The translations under genes were made by a program, and so were the position numbers. A stretch of DNA of 64,000 nucleotides from Nitrososphaeraceae archaeon (GTDB taxonomy: Archaea; Thermoproteota; Nitrososphaeria; Nitrososphaerales; Nitrososphaeraceae), in assembly GCA_035250975.1 (NCBI GenBank), contig DATFEP010000013.1, positions 1-64,000 of the forward strand. The letters run 5' to 3'. Below the pieces are notes generated by a model. It was not told the DNA's origin. It saw nothing but the letters and a program-made list of their open reading frames with translations, and searched no databases. Below are positions 42,548-52,872 of this stretch, in pieces (positions within the stretch are counted from its first letter, which is position 1; every line of letters starts with the position of its first letter).

Positions 42548-43543
42548 ATGACCGAATATAAAGGAAGAATAATCACGCATATTCATGAAAGTACAATTTT
42601 ACGATCCAATCCTCTTAATGACCCGCATGTAAGAGAAGTAATAGTATATGTTCCTCCTAATTATTCACAAAGTCATTCTAATGGATATCCAGCAGCTATT
42701 GGATTATCTGGTTTTGCAGGAAATGGCAGAACATTTCTTAATTTTGATCCTTTAGGAGAGAACATTGAAGAAAGAATGAATAGACTAACTGCTGATGGAA
42801 AACTTGATCCTATGATACTAGTGATTCCAGATTGTTTTACCAAGTTTGGTGGGAACCAATATATTAATTCGACTGCAACTGGAAGATACGAAGATTACAT
42901 AGTCAATGAAATTGTTCCTTTCATACAGAGTAATTATAATATTTCCTCCTTTGGATTGTGGGGAAAATCTTCCGGGGGATATGGATCACTTGTTCTGGGC
43001 ATGAAGTACCCTGAAATTTTTAAAGCAATTGCATGTCATTCTGGCGATTCTGCATTTGAATATTGTTATCTGCCTGATTTTCCAAGTGCATATGAAACAT
43101 TCAGGGAAGCAGGAGGTCTAAAAAAGTGGTTCAATCAATTTTGGAAAAAACAAAATAGAAAACAAAAAAAAGATTTTGTAGCTCTGAATATCCTTGCGAT
43201 GGCCGCTCACTATTCGCCGGATACTACTTCTGAACTTGGTGTAAAATTACCTTTTGACATAGAAACAGGAGAGATAATAGAAGATGTATGGAAAATGTGG
43301 AAACTGTTAGATCCGGTGAAAATGATAAATGAATATCAATATAACCTGAGAAAACTAAAACTCTTGTATATTGATTGCGGAAATAAAGATGAATTCAATC
43401 TACACCTTGGTGGAAGAATGATACATAATAAATTAAATAAATTGGATATAATACACTACTATGAGGAATTTGATGGTGGTCACTCAAATACAAGTTTTCG
43501 ATACGATATTTCTTTTCCAATGATCTGTTCTTCAATTACCTAA
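42548..43543 (+). CDS. Alpha/beta hydrolase, putative esterase family
   Basis: GKSSGGYG nucleophile elbow, DCG..DEF, FDGGH. Confidence 0.9.
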   Translation: MTEYKGRIITHIHESTILRSNPLNDPHVREVIVYVPPNYSQSHSNGYPAAIGLSGFAGNGRTFLNFDPLGENIEERMNRLTADGKLDPMILVIPDCFTKFGGNQYINSTATGRYEDYIVNEIVPFIQSNYNISSFGLWGKSSGGYGSLVLGMKYPEIFKAIACHSGDSAFEYCYLPDFPSAYETFREAGGLKKWFNQFWKKQNRKQKKDFVALNILAMAAHYSPDTTSELGVKLPFDIETGEIIEDVWKMWKLLDPVKMINEYQYNLRKLKLLYIDCGNKDEFNLHLGGRMIHNKLNKLDIIHYYEEFDGGHSNTSFRYDISFPMICSSIT

Positions 43544-43773
43544 AATAAGATCAAATTTGGCCATAAAAAATGTTAATTTAAGGAAATAATTTATCTATAA
43601 TTCAGTATATTAGGTAACATATTTCCAAAAAAATATTTTCGTGTAAACAAAAAGAGAATTGTTTAGTAACAAAAAACCAAAAAAAAATATAGAAAAAGAA
43701 GGTGCGGTCGGATTATATAACGTATTTGAATTCACTTAATATATGATGTTTTCATAGGATTGTATACAAAAAA

Positions 43774-44040
43774 ATGAATAGAACATACTCATTAATAATT
43801 TTAGCAGCAAGCACACTTGGAGCTTTTTTTTCAATAAGCATATATTCAGCAAGTGATGTGTATGCATCTGGAGATAAATCTACAAAAGACAACTATGATG
43901 AATATTGTCCATGTAGAGGATATGATGACAGAGAATATGATAATGAAGAATATGATAATGAAGAATATGATAATGGTTATTACGACCAATATGAAAGCGG
44001 ATATTTTGAAGATAGATATGGAAAACCATATTATAAATAG
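43774..44040 (+). CDS. Small secreted Tyr/Asp-rich protein with EYDNE repeats
   Basis: Signal peptide; 15-nt GAATATGATAATGAA tandem repeats. Confidence 0.6.
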   Translation: MNRTYSLIILAASTLGAFFSISIYSASDVYASGDKSTKDNYDEYCPCRGYDDREYDNEEYDNEEYDNGYYDQYESGYFEDRYGKPYYK

Positions 44041-44155
44041 ACTAAATTTCTCTTTTTCATTTTATATAATATTTACTAATTGGTGATATACATAATCATA
44101 TTATCGGAGAACGAAGTAGTACGAAGACCAAATAAAATATATTGTTTTCATTCCC

Positions 44156-44932
44156 TTAATTTGGTTTCAAGTATAAGCCATATTTCCAATCAGTTTTTTC
44201 CATATTTTTAATAAAAGATAATAATAATTTTTCTAAGATTTTGATAACACCTTCTCCTTTTTGTAGTGTACCTTTTTTTGAAGAGCCTGTTGCTCCAGTA
44301 GTTGATAACTCATCCATATTCCAATAAATACGGATATGATCAGGTAGTTGAGGTATAGTGTCTTCTGGTGCCTTCTCCATATTTACCAGATCAGGACGGA
44401 TGTACATCATAACAGATGTTTCAGCTTCTCCCCCATGTCCCATACCGTTCCAAATCTCAAATGTATTTAAAGAAAGTTGGCCCACTAGTGTCCACCAAGA
44501 TTCTAAACATGCTATTATTACTTTTGGAAATTTATCCTTCGTGTTTCTTGCAGCTATTTCAATTGGAGCAATGTTACCGTCATGGCCATTAATTATTAAG
44601 AATTTTTTTATACCATTAAATATTAAGCTCTCTAGAATATCTTCAATGAATTTGATGAAAGTATTAGGATCGATGTTAATTGTCATGAAAAACTTTTTGT
44701 GATGAATACTTACTCCGTATGGAAGTGGAGGCAGAATTATTAAATTTTTAGATTTAAGTGAAATACGTTTTGCGAGATCTAATGGAAAAATAAAATCAGA
44801 ACCGAAAGGCAAGTGATCACCATGATTTTCACAAGCTCCGAAAATCAATACAGCTATTGTTTTTGAATTAACGTGTTTTTTAATTTCGAATCCATTCATT
44901 TCCTCAAGAAGAAATGTTTTTCCTTTTTGCAT
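44156..44932 (-). CDS. Creatinine amidohydrolase (creatininase) family protein
   Basis: ENHGDHLP.G.D, NGHDGN, HGGEAETS. Confidence 0.92.
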   Translation of the reverse strand: MQKGKTFLLEEMNGFEIKKHVNSKTIAVLIFGACENHGDHLPFGSDFIFPLDLAKRISLKSKNLIILPPLPYGVSIHHKKFFMTINIDPNTFIKFIEDILESLIFNGIKKFLIINGHDGNIAPIEIAARNTKDKFPKVIIACLESWWTLVGQLSLNTFEIWNGMGHGGEAETSVMMYIRPDLVNMEKAPEDTIPQLPDHIRIYWNMDELSTTGATGSSKKGTLQKGEGVIKILEKLLLSFIKNMEKTDWKYGLYLKPN

Positions 44933-45062
44933 AGAAATAAAATATTTATACAGTTATTTGTTTTTAGTTATTAAAAATTAATTAATCTATTAATAAATAG
45001 TTATATTATTCAATATAAAGGGACTTAACTTTTATATATTTTAGAACTAACCAGAAATAGAA

Positions 45063-45596
45063 ATGAATATTTTGTCAATTGGTATTGTTTTTTTGATAGT
45101 ATCCCTATCTTTTATACAAAACTCATACCAACAACAACAAGAAAATAGTAACACCACAAATGCTCTTGATGATAACAATGTTTCCATCGTACAACAAAAA
45201 ACAGTCATGTCAAAAAGTGCGTCTGTAAGTATCCCAGGTCAACAACCACACGAAGTTGTCTTTGCATTGCCCCTAAGAGAAGACGGAAAGATATGGTCAG
45301 GAACAGCAACCTTTACCGCAAGCAAACCAATTGAAGTAGAAATTTTGCATAACTATAATCCTACTGAAATTATTGATTCAGAACATGGAGAACCCTACAA
45401 TGTAGTACTTGGAGATAAAAGAATTGCTATTACACAACTTAAGAATATTGTTGATCAACCATTAGAAGTTAACGATACTTTGATTAGTTCTGGTACTTTC
45501 AATTTCGTTGGTAATGCATTGATTTTTCACAAGACAAATCCTGAACCATTCACAGTTACCTATACAATAGATGTACAAGCTAAAGAAATACAATAA
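45063..45596 (+). CDS. Secreted hypothetical protein
   Basis: Signal peptide, Gln run, beta-rich domain (HEVVFALPLREDGKIWSG). Confidence 0.8.
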   Translation: MNILSIGIVFLIVSLSFIQNSYQQQQENSNTTNALDDNNVSIVQQKTVMSKSASVSIPGQQPHEVVFALPLREDGKIWSGTATFTASKPIEVEILHNYNPTEIIDSEHGEPYNVVLGDKRIAITQLKNIVDQPLEVNDTLISSGTFNFVGNALIFHKTNPEPFTVTYTIDVQAKEIQ

Positions 45597-45794
45597 TATT
45601 ATCTAAATAATACAAGTCTTCAACCCCATGAAGGTTTTATTATATAGCATCTAACAATTTAATAATTAATGCATAATTACTTTATAGATAACATAGAATG
45701 TATACAAGTACATGAAATAAATAAAAGATTTATATAGAAATTTTTTAATTCAGATTGTTAAGAAATATACATAACTATAATTATAAAAAAACTG

Positions 45795-47453
45795 TTGAAT
45801 AAAAAATGTAATTTTATAGGTAATTTAAGTGGCACAAGCAAAAATATGCTAGTTTTTCTTGCTCTATTCCTGCCAGCACTATTAGTTGTTGATTATCTTT
45901 ATTACGATATTTTCGCTCAAGATGACACTAAACAAGCGTATTCACTTTCTGAATTATTTAAAAATGTTGAGAAGTCCGTAGTACAGATATCAGGTAAAGA
46001 TGAAAGTTCAGCGATGCTTGGCGAAAGATTGGGGTCTGGGTTCGTTTATGATATTGACGGTCATATAGTGACTAACAATCATGTAACCACAGGCAGCAAG
46101 GCATTGCACGTTACTTTTTCGGATGGAACAATATATGAAGCAAAGATTGTGAGCTCTGATCCTTATAGTGACCTTGCAGTGGTTTTAGTGGAAGGTGTGC
46201 CCAAGGAAAGATTAGTACCACTAACACTAGGTAATTCATCATCATTGATAATAGGTCAGACTGTTGCAGCCGTAGGAAATCCATTTGGCTTATCAGGATC
46301 TCTTACAGAGGGGATTATTAGCGGGTTGGGAAGGTTATTACCATCATCCCAAGAACCGATTTACGGAAATGGGCAAGTAGGGGCATTCAACATTCCAGGA
46401 ATTATTCAAACCGATGCGGCTATAAACCCAGGAAATTCTGGAGGCCCGTTACTAAGTTTGAATGGAGAAGTGATTGGTATTAATTCAGCAATTTTTTCTA
46501 ACACGGGGGTTTATGCAGGAGTTGGATTCGCAATTCCCTCCAACACAATAAAAAAGGTAATACCTGAATTGATTGCTAAAGGATCCTATCAACATCCATG
46601 GATAGGAGTAACTGGTGTAGATGTTTCACCAGAAATTGCAGATGCAATGAACTTAACTGAAGCAAAAGGATTCTTGGTTATAGACGTAAACTCCAATAGC
46701 CCTGCAGACAAGGCTGGAATAAGAGGCGGAGACAGAATTTATGGCATTGATGGAAGGGAAGTAGAATTAGGAGGAGATATAATTATTGCAATTGATGGAA
46801 ATCCAGTACGAAAAATAGATGACATATTGACACACTTGGAACTGGAAAAATCGGTTGGAGACAAGATAACCTTGACAATAATCAGAAATGGAACATTGGA
46901 AGAGAAAAGTGCCATACTACAGTCAAGACCTGATTCAGAAACTCTATCTAAGGTAGGAGAACATCCCTCGCTAGGAGTAACAGGAATTAATGTTACACCA
47001 GAAATTGCAAACGCAATGAACTTAACTGAAGCAAAAGGATTCTTGGTTATAGATGTAAACTCCAATAGCCCTGCAGACAAGGCTGGAATAAGAGGCGGAT
47101 ATAAGGTCGAAATTATTAATAATACACAAATCAGGTTAGGAGGAGATATCATACTTGGAATAGATGATATAAAAATAAACAATGTCACTGACATTAGCAA
47201 GTATCTCGAAACCAAGAAAGAAGGAGAAGTTGTAAAAATTGCATTAATAAGAGAAGGAAAGCCATTGAATATTTCAGCTACTTTAGAAATTTTGCCCAAA
47301 CGAGAACTACCAGAAAACTTTAAGTTAGAACCTTTTGAAGATGGCGGACCAAAAGATTTTGATGACTTTGGACAAGGAAGATACTTAGAAGAACTGAAAA
47401 GAGAATGTCTTAAACACTTCAATGATTCTATCTGTCGCTTTCTCTTCAGATAG
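45795..47453 (+). CDS. htrA: HtrA/DegP-like serine protease with two PDZ domains
   Basis: GSGF..TNNHV, SDLAV, QTDAAINPGNSGGPL, two SPADKAGI PDZ units. Confidence 0.95.
   Translation: MNKKCNFIGNLSGTSKNMLVFLALFLPALLVVDYLYYDIFAQDDTKQAYSLSELFKNVEKSVVQISGKDESSAMLGERLGSGFVYDIDGHIVTNNHVTTGSKALHVTFSDGTIYEAKIVSSDPYSDLAVVLVEGVPKERLVPLTLGNSSSLIIGQTVAAVGNPFGLSGSLTEGIISGLGRLLPSSQEPIYGNGQVGAFNIPGIIQTDAAINPGNSGGPLLSLNGEVIGINSAIFSNTGVYAGVGFAIPSNTIKKVIPELIAKGSYQHPWIGVTGVDVSPEIADAMNLTEAKGFLVIDVNSNSPADKAGIRGGDRIYGIDGREVELGGDIIIAIDGNPVRKIDDILTHLELEKSVGDKITLTIIRNGTLEEKSAILQSRPDSETLSKVGEHPSLGVTGINVTPEIANAMNLTEAKGFLVIDVNSNSPADKAGIRGGYKVEIINNTQIRLGGDIILGIDDIKINNVTDISKYLETKKEGEVVKIALIREGKPLNISATLEILPKRELPENFKLEPFEDGGPKDFDDFGQGRYLEELKRECLKHFNDSICRFLFR
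46627..47099 (+). repeat. 104-bp near-identical intragenic repeat (46627-46730 and 46996-47099)
   Basis: Three mismatches by eye; offset 369 nt, in frame. Confidence 0.9.
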
Positions 47454-47533
47454 ATAAAATATTTTTTGAATATTTTGTGGAGACGATATCTTGAAATTTA
47501 ATATTTGACTCTTTTGACGGCTAGTTTTGAGAA

Positions 47534-48574
47534 ATGAGAGAAATTCATATTTATTTTATGACTACATTAATCTGTCTATTTTTGCTTTCATTTCTGACGT
47601 CTTCAAAAGGCTTTTTATCTATTAGTCAAATAGAAAATGCATATGCAAATGGTATAAAAAATAACTTTGGAAGGGATTTATTGCCTCCTTTAAATTTAGA
47701 TAATACATCACTTGGTCTTTGGATTGAATTTAAACCTTCCATTGTGGATTCTCATGTCGAGGAAAAGAGGCAGTTGATTTTTAAATTAATAGATACTGAA
47801 AATAACTCAACTCAAAACCCAAAAAGTATGGAAGTAATAATACTAAAAAATAATTTTAGAAATAATAACATAACTGAATATTTATTTTTAAATGATACTT
47901 TTAATTTAAGGAATGATTCGCTGGTTTTAGAATTTAACTCCGCTAACAAAGAAAGTGGAAAGATAGGAAAATATAACAACTCAATGATTAACTCAAAGAT
48001 AGAGGCAGATATTAATGGAACAGTTTATGTTAACTATCCAATATTAGAGAGTGGAATATATCATCTTAAAATCAAAACCAATATGAAAGACAATAATGGT
48101 TTAAATGGACAGAATTTTTTAAAATTTGATTCATATTTAAGCTTAGGTAACATATTAAATATTAATAATTTTAGCCAGAATAAAAATGATAATTTAACCA
48201 TAATGTCTTACAACGATCAGATATTAAAATACGAATATAACGTCAATACAGATGAGATTTCTTTTGAAATTCCTTTTAAATATAATCTTACACGAATCGA
48301 GGAAGGTTTTATTTATATCCATACGGAATTAAAGATACCGAAGGAGTTCAAAAAATTTTTTAATGCTAACAGTTCCATCATAAAAATAAATGATATTGAT
48401 TTTGCAGAAATAAGTAAAAGTTCTGTGTCAACAGATAGATTTTCAAATTCCTCATATCTAATAATACATTTTATTTTAGATAGCAATAGTCTGTTTAAGT
48501 TAGCAAAAGATAGAACTGAGAAAGGATTAGACAATTCAGAAATGATTCTTAAATTTTCATTTTTACCAAGATAA
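47534..48574 (+). CDS. Secreted Asn-rich hypothetical protein
   Basis: Signal peptide, many N-x-S/T sequons. Confidence 0.75.
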   Translation: MREIHIYFMTTLICLFLLSFLTSSKGFLSISQIENAYANGIKNNFGRDLLPPLNLDNTSLGLWIEFKPSIVDSHVEEKRQLIFKLIDTENNSTQNPKSMEVIILKNNFRNNNITEYLFLNDTFNLRNDSLVLEFNSANKESGKIGKYNNSMINSKIEADINGTVYVNYPILESGIYHLKIKTNMKDNNGLNGQNFLKFDSYLSLGNILNINNFSQNKNDNLTIMSYNDQILKYEYNVNTDEISFEIPFKYNLTRIEEGFIYIHTELKIPKEFKKFFNANSSIIKINDIDFAEISKSSVSTDRFSNSSYLIIHFILDSNSLFKLAKDRTEKGLDNSEMILKFSFLPR

Positions 48575-48703
48575 ATTAAAATAAGTTCATTATAGAAGAT
48601 TAATCTATTAAAGTACATTCATCGAATGTACCATAAGGTTATTAACACTTATCCATGTATATCAATTAAAACACCTTTAACAAGGTTTCGAGTAGTTTCG
48701 TTT

Positions 48704-48727
48704 CAGGTGACCAATTTTGGTCACCTG
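48704..48727. other. 24-bp inverted repeat between convergent genes
   Basis: CAGGTGACCAA-TT-TTGGTCACCTG. Confidence 0.6.
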
Positions 48728-49017
48728 CATTTTTAATTGTATATTGATAATACAGCATAGTTAATTAATATAGTGGTCTCTGTTTTTTGTATGCCTTGGA
48801 GAAACAATATTTCTGCTACTTCCATTTTGGAAAGCCATTTTTTTGTTTTCGTTCCTTTTGAGACGATATATACATTTAAGATATTCGTCTGAAAAATCTT
48901 GAGTTGATAACGGAACAAATGTTGATCCCTGATAAATGTAAAATACCTATCGACTAGAAAAGCATAGATATAGATAAAACTATATGGCTAACTCTAGAAG
49001 ATATAGTTCGTGAAAAA

Positions 49018-49557
49018 TTAAAATTCTTCCATCATTTCAACATAATCTTCTACAATGTCAGAACTGAGACTTTTGTTGTATTTTTGTAAAGTATCGAGTA
49101 GAAAAGTTTTATCTATCGATAGATCATAAACATTCTAATCTTTGTATCTTCGTATCCTAATCATATTGGATTCCTTTAGTTTCATCAAATGCCATGAGAC
49201 AGTTGATGGAACCTTATGGGTGTAAGCTACTATTTCATTAAAGGTGCAAGAATCATTATACGTTATAAACAGTAAAACATTTCTTGTACTTTTTTGTCTC
49301 AATATTGCTAAAATTTTGGACTCCTTATCAGATATATCTTTAGAATAATATCTAGTTACTCTGTTGTTAATTCTGTCGATTTTAACTTTACCGGAGTGAT
49401 CCAATATATTTAAATGATACGTAAGTACACCATTGGAAAGTCCGGTCAGTCTTAACAATTCCCTGTATCTGACTCCTGGAAATTTAATAATTAAATGAAT
49501 TATTTTTTCTTGAACTGAATTTTTTTCTCTCTTTGCTAGAGTAAATTCTGCATTCAT
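49018..49557 (-). pseudogene. Double winged-HTH (ArsR-like) regulator interrupted by an in-frame TAG at 49135-49137
   Basis: PGVRYRELLRLTGLSNGVLTYHL, PSTVSWHL; the frame continues after TAG as NVYDLSIDKTFLLDTLQKYNKSLSSDIVEDYVEMMEEF*. Confidence 0.75.
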
Positions 49558-49970
49558 TTATTAGCACCTTTCAGAAAACTTATACCAAAAAAAATAACCA
49601 TAATTAGTAGAATGAGGTGAGAAAGTTCTATATTAGTAATTGGTATAAGCATACCGTAAATATCTGCAGTGGAATTAAAGAGGTACAAGTATTCTACCGC
49701 TACGAGAGTTACAAAACCTAGGGTCATAAAGAAGATCTTGACACTTTTGGTTCTAGCATATGCTAGGATGGAAACTATTGCGAGAAATTGTGAGATTATC
49801 AATGATGTCAAATGAACGATAATATGGTAGATCATATTTGTGTGGTTAATGTGTGGTAAGATAACTGGAACAGTTAAAAATGAGATCATAACACTTGCGA
49901 TCAAAGCAAGTAGTTTTGGTTTATTATAGAATGTATCTTCTGGATGATTAAAATTCCTTAGCAATATCAT
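49554..49970 (-). CDS. Four-helix membrane protein with clustered histidines
   Basis: PHINHTNMIYHIIVH, ELSH; its stop overlaps the wHTH start. Confidence 0.8.
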   Translation of the reverse strand: MILLRNFNHPEDTFYNKPKLLALIASVMISFLTVPVILPHINHTNMIYHIIVHLTSLIISQFLAIVSILAYARTKSVKIFFMTLGFVTLVAVEYLYLFNSTADIYGMLIPITNIELSHLILLIMVIFFGISFLKGANK

Positions 49971-50139
49971 AATTCAAGAGTAAGAATTTAAATACATTAT
50001 GGTACAACCTTGAAACCAGTAATTTTTTATAAAACAAAAATATTTCAAGATTTGGTATATTAACCGATAAGTTCAAAAACATCAAACCTTCGAATAATGT
50101 ACTATAAAGTTTAAAAGCATTAATTATCAAGAAGATTTA

Positions 50140-50712
50140 ATGGGAAAATATCATACGAATAATATTTTAGTATTTGTCACGGTAGCATTTGCGATAGGAT
50201 TTTTGAATACAGTACCTATCTTTGCACAAGAAGGCAATGAGACGATGTCGAATGCAACAACTACAGAAGAGCATGGTGAAGAGTATACGGAAGGAATTTC
50301 GGTCAGGGATTCCGTTACTGTTTTGCTGCAGGATGTAGTATTACCTGCTCAAGATTTTATCCATCTCTATGACAGTACCCCTGATATGATATTAAAAGGT
50401 CATATTGCAGTAAAAATGCCATGTGAGGACGATTCTGTTTCTCCAATTCAAGTCTTGATAGGATCTGCACCACAATTAGCTCCAGCTGAATTAGAAAATG
50501 TAGCCAATCTATCTAAACCTGGAGAGCTGTGTCTATATCATGCTGATTTGATGCCTAGTGGAAATGTTTCTAAAATAACAGATATCGCATTAATGAATCC
50601 AACTGAAGATGACATAGAATTTCCAGTTACATCAACCGTTGTAATTGGCGTTAATGAAATAGCCAAGGGAGAACATGAATCTCATGAAGCTGCAGAAGCA
50701 GGACCTACTTAA
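50140..50712 (+). CDS. Secreted hypothetical protein, paralog of 5595-6170
   Basis: Signal peptide; HLYDSTP..KGHIAVKMPC..CLYH; His/Glu-rich ends. Confidence 0.85.
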   Translation: MGKYHTNNILVFVTVAFAIGFLNTVPIFAQEGNETMSNATTTEEHGEEYTEGISVRDSVTVLLQDVVLPAQDFIHLYDSTPDMILKGHIAVKMPCEDDSVSPIQVLIGSAPQLAPAELENVANLSKPGELCLYHADLMPSGNVSKITDIALMNPTEDDIEFPVTSTVVIGVNEIAKGEHESHEAAEAGPT

Positions 50713-50758
50713 CCTGTAAAAGGTACATAATACAATAAAAATAAGTTAAAGACATTTA

Positions 50759-51061
50759 TTATCTTTTTTTGATTTTGAAAAAGTAAACTAATATCAGTAT
50801 AACACCGATAATTATGCCAAAGATGGAATAGACATAAGAATTAGTAACAATAAAACAATTCATTTCTAGAGATTCAATTGATTTGATTTTTGCATCGTCA
50901 ATATTAGAACTATAATAAGGAGCTAGCTGTTTAAGACAACTCATACCTTGGAAGTTTAGATAGATAGCTAATATTGAAAAAGTTAACAAGAAAATCAAAC
51001 CAAATCTTAAATAATTATTTCTAGGAGTGAAAAAGTAGTAAAGTAATTTAATGTACTTCAA
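50759..51061 (-). CDS. Small two-helix membrane protein
   Basis: Two TM segments flanking a loop with two Cys. Confidence 0.6.
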   Translation of the reverse strand: MKYIKLLYYFFTPRNNYLRFGLIFLLTFSILAIYLNFQGMSCLKQLAPYYSSNIDDAKIKSIESLEMNCFIVTNSYVYSIFGIIIGVILILVYFFKIKKR

Positions 51062-51084
51062 TTCGGGAGGATATTAGAGAAAAA

Positions 51085-51675
51085 TCATTTTGTCAAGACG
51101 AGAGTTTCAAGGATTTTTTGAACCGTTTGTAAATAACTATCATACTTGTTCAAATCCGCTTTGTATGTAATAAGATATGCTTTGTCTTGATTTTTAACAA
51201 TAATTTGCATCGATTTTCTGATTTCATCCCCATCGAGTGCAGTAAAAACAATTTGCTGTGCGGGATAATTTCCTGGAAGAATAATTTGATTAGTTCCCAA
51301 CAATTGAAATTCTTTAAGATTGCTGGTTAAATTCTTAAGATGAACGTTCTTTAATGCTGTCAGAGAGATATTTTGTGATTCTAAATTTAGTGGAAAAATT
51401 CCTAGTCCTGCTGGAAACCGGTTTTGTGTGTAATCTTCAATTGGAGCAGTAAAAGTAACAAAGCCAGTAAAATGTTCTTCCATCTGCCAATTAGAGGGAT
51501 ACATGAGACTAAATTTCATTTTACTATTATCATATGTAATAAAACTTTGATCTGGTTTGCTCTCAAAAATTGCTAATGCCTCGTTTAATATTCCAATATT
51601 ACCTGCAATGAACATTAATGAAACCGAAAGTATTATCAGCATAAATTGAAAGTTATCTATGTTATATGATTTCAA
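51085..51675 (-). CDS. Secreted PsbP-like domain protein
   Basis: YDNSKMKFSLMYPSNW, KAYLITYKA..YDSYL..VQKI..TL. Confidence 0.8.
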   Translation of the reverse strand: MKSYNIDNFQFMLIILSVSLMFIAGNIGILNEALAIFESKPDQSFITYDNSKMKFSLMYPSNWQMEEHFTGFVTFTAPIEDYTQNRFPAGLGIFPLNLESQNISLTALKNVHLKNLTSNLKEFQLLGTNQIILPGNYPAQQIVFTALDGDEIRKSMQIIVKNQDKAYLITYKADLNKYDSYLQTVQKILETLVLTK

Positions 51676-51757
51676 TAATTATTTTATATTGATTATCGGC
51701 TATTTTATGCTTTATTAACACTTTTTCATATACAAATTCAGGTGGGTCTTCTGTTTG

Positions 51758-52705
51758 TTACTTTATGAAATCGAAAAGTGTAACCATTTTTAAATTATCT
51801 GCAGATGAATAGCTACTTTCAAGTGTCAGATTGGGAAACCCATATTTCAGATCTCTTTTATCGGATTCTTTCATCAACATGTTTAAAATTCTGTTTGAAT
51901 ATTTATTTTCGGCATTAAAACTGTTCTTTCCTTTTATCGGTTCCTGAATGTTGTAAATTTGTTCATATTGTTTTTTTGCATCTGGCATCTTCAGAAGGTC
52001 CAGCATAGACTTTAATCTCTCCCAAATGTCGGATCTAAGCCTCAAAATTGCGCCACTGATAAATTTGACGCCACTGGTGACGGCGGTATCTAAAATTTTT
52101 TCTAAATCGCTTTTTGAATCAGTGATTAGAGGTAGAATAGGATCAATATTAACGACACACTGGATTTCAGACTTTGTGAATTTTTCGATTACATTAAATA
52201 AAGAGTCAAATGTAGGAGTGCCTGGTTCGATTATTCTTTTTACCTCCTCGTTGCAAGTAGTAATTGACCACACTATGAAACATTTATCAGAATATCGTTT
52301 GTGTAACTCCAAATCTCTCTCAATTATTATCGACTTAGTAAAAATGTAATACGGAATTTCAAATTTTTGTAATACTTGTACACATTGTCGAGTTATAGAA
52401 TACTTTAACTCGGCTGGTTGATAAGCATCCGTTGCTGAGGAAATCATTACAGGGTGAGAAACTCTGATTTTTCTTTTTCTAATTTGTTCATACAACAGAT
52501 CTGCAGCATTTATTTTAGCATAGATATGGTTGAAAAACTCTGGAGACCAGTCATAAGTTGCATAACAATACCCACATCTATGATGACATCCCTGATATGG
52601 ATTAATGGTCAATCCTTCTTTCCCATACACAAAAAAATTGTGAAGAAGTGATTTCCCTTTCTTACCGGAGATCGCAGGTGCAGAATTATCATACCATAGG
52701 GTCAT
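51758..52705 (-). CDS. Radical SAM protein, SPL (spore photoproduct lyase-like) family
   Basis: NPYQGCHHRCGYCYA, SSATDAYQPAE, TKS..IERDL. Confidence 0.9.
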   Translation of the reverse strand: MTLWYDNSAPAISGKKGKSLLHNFFVYGKEGLTINPYQGCHHRCGYCYATYDWSPEFFNHIYAKINAADLLYEQIRKRKIRVSHPVMISSATDAYQPAELKYSITRQCVQVLQKFEIPYYIFTKSIIIERDLELHKRYSDKCFIVWSITTCNEEVKRIIEPGTPTFDSLFNVIEKFTKSEIQCVVNIDPILPLITDSKSDLEKILDTAVTSGVKFISGAILRLRSDIWERLKSMLDLLKMPDAKKQYEQIYNIQEPIKGKNSFNAENKYSNRILNMLMKESDKRDLKYGFPNLTLESSYSSADNLKMVTLFDFIK

Positions 52706-52872
52706 GAAAAGTTTTCGTACGGATAATAGATAAATTGTGTAATACTCTTAGATAAGGGGGAGAGGATATAATATAACAAAAGATGTAAATTCAAATTATT
52801 ATATCGTATTAAGATAAAAAGAGATCGCCAGTCTTTGAAAAATATAGTTACAAAAAAATCTATTAAGGAAAT

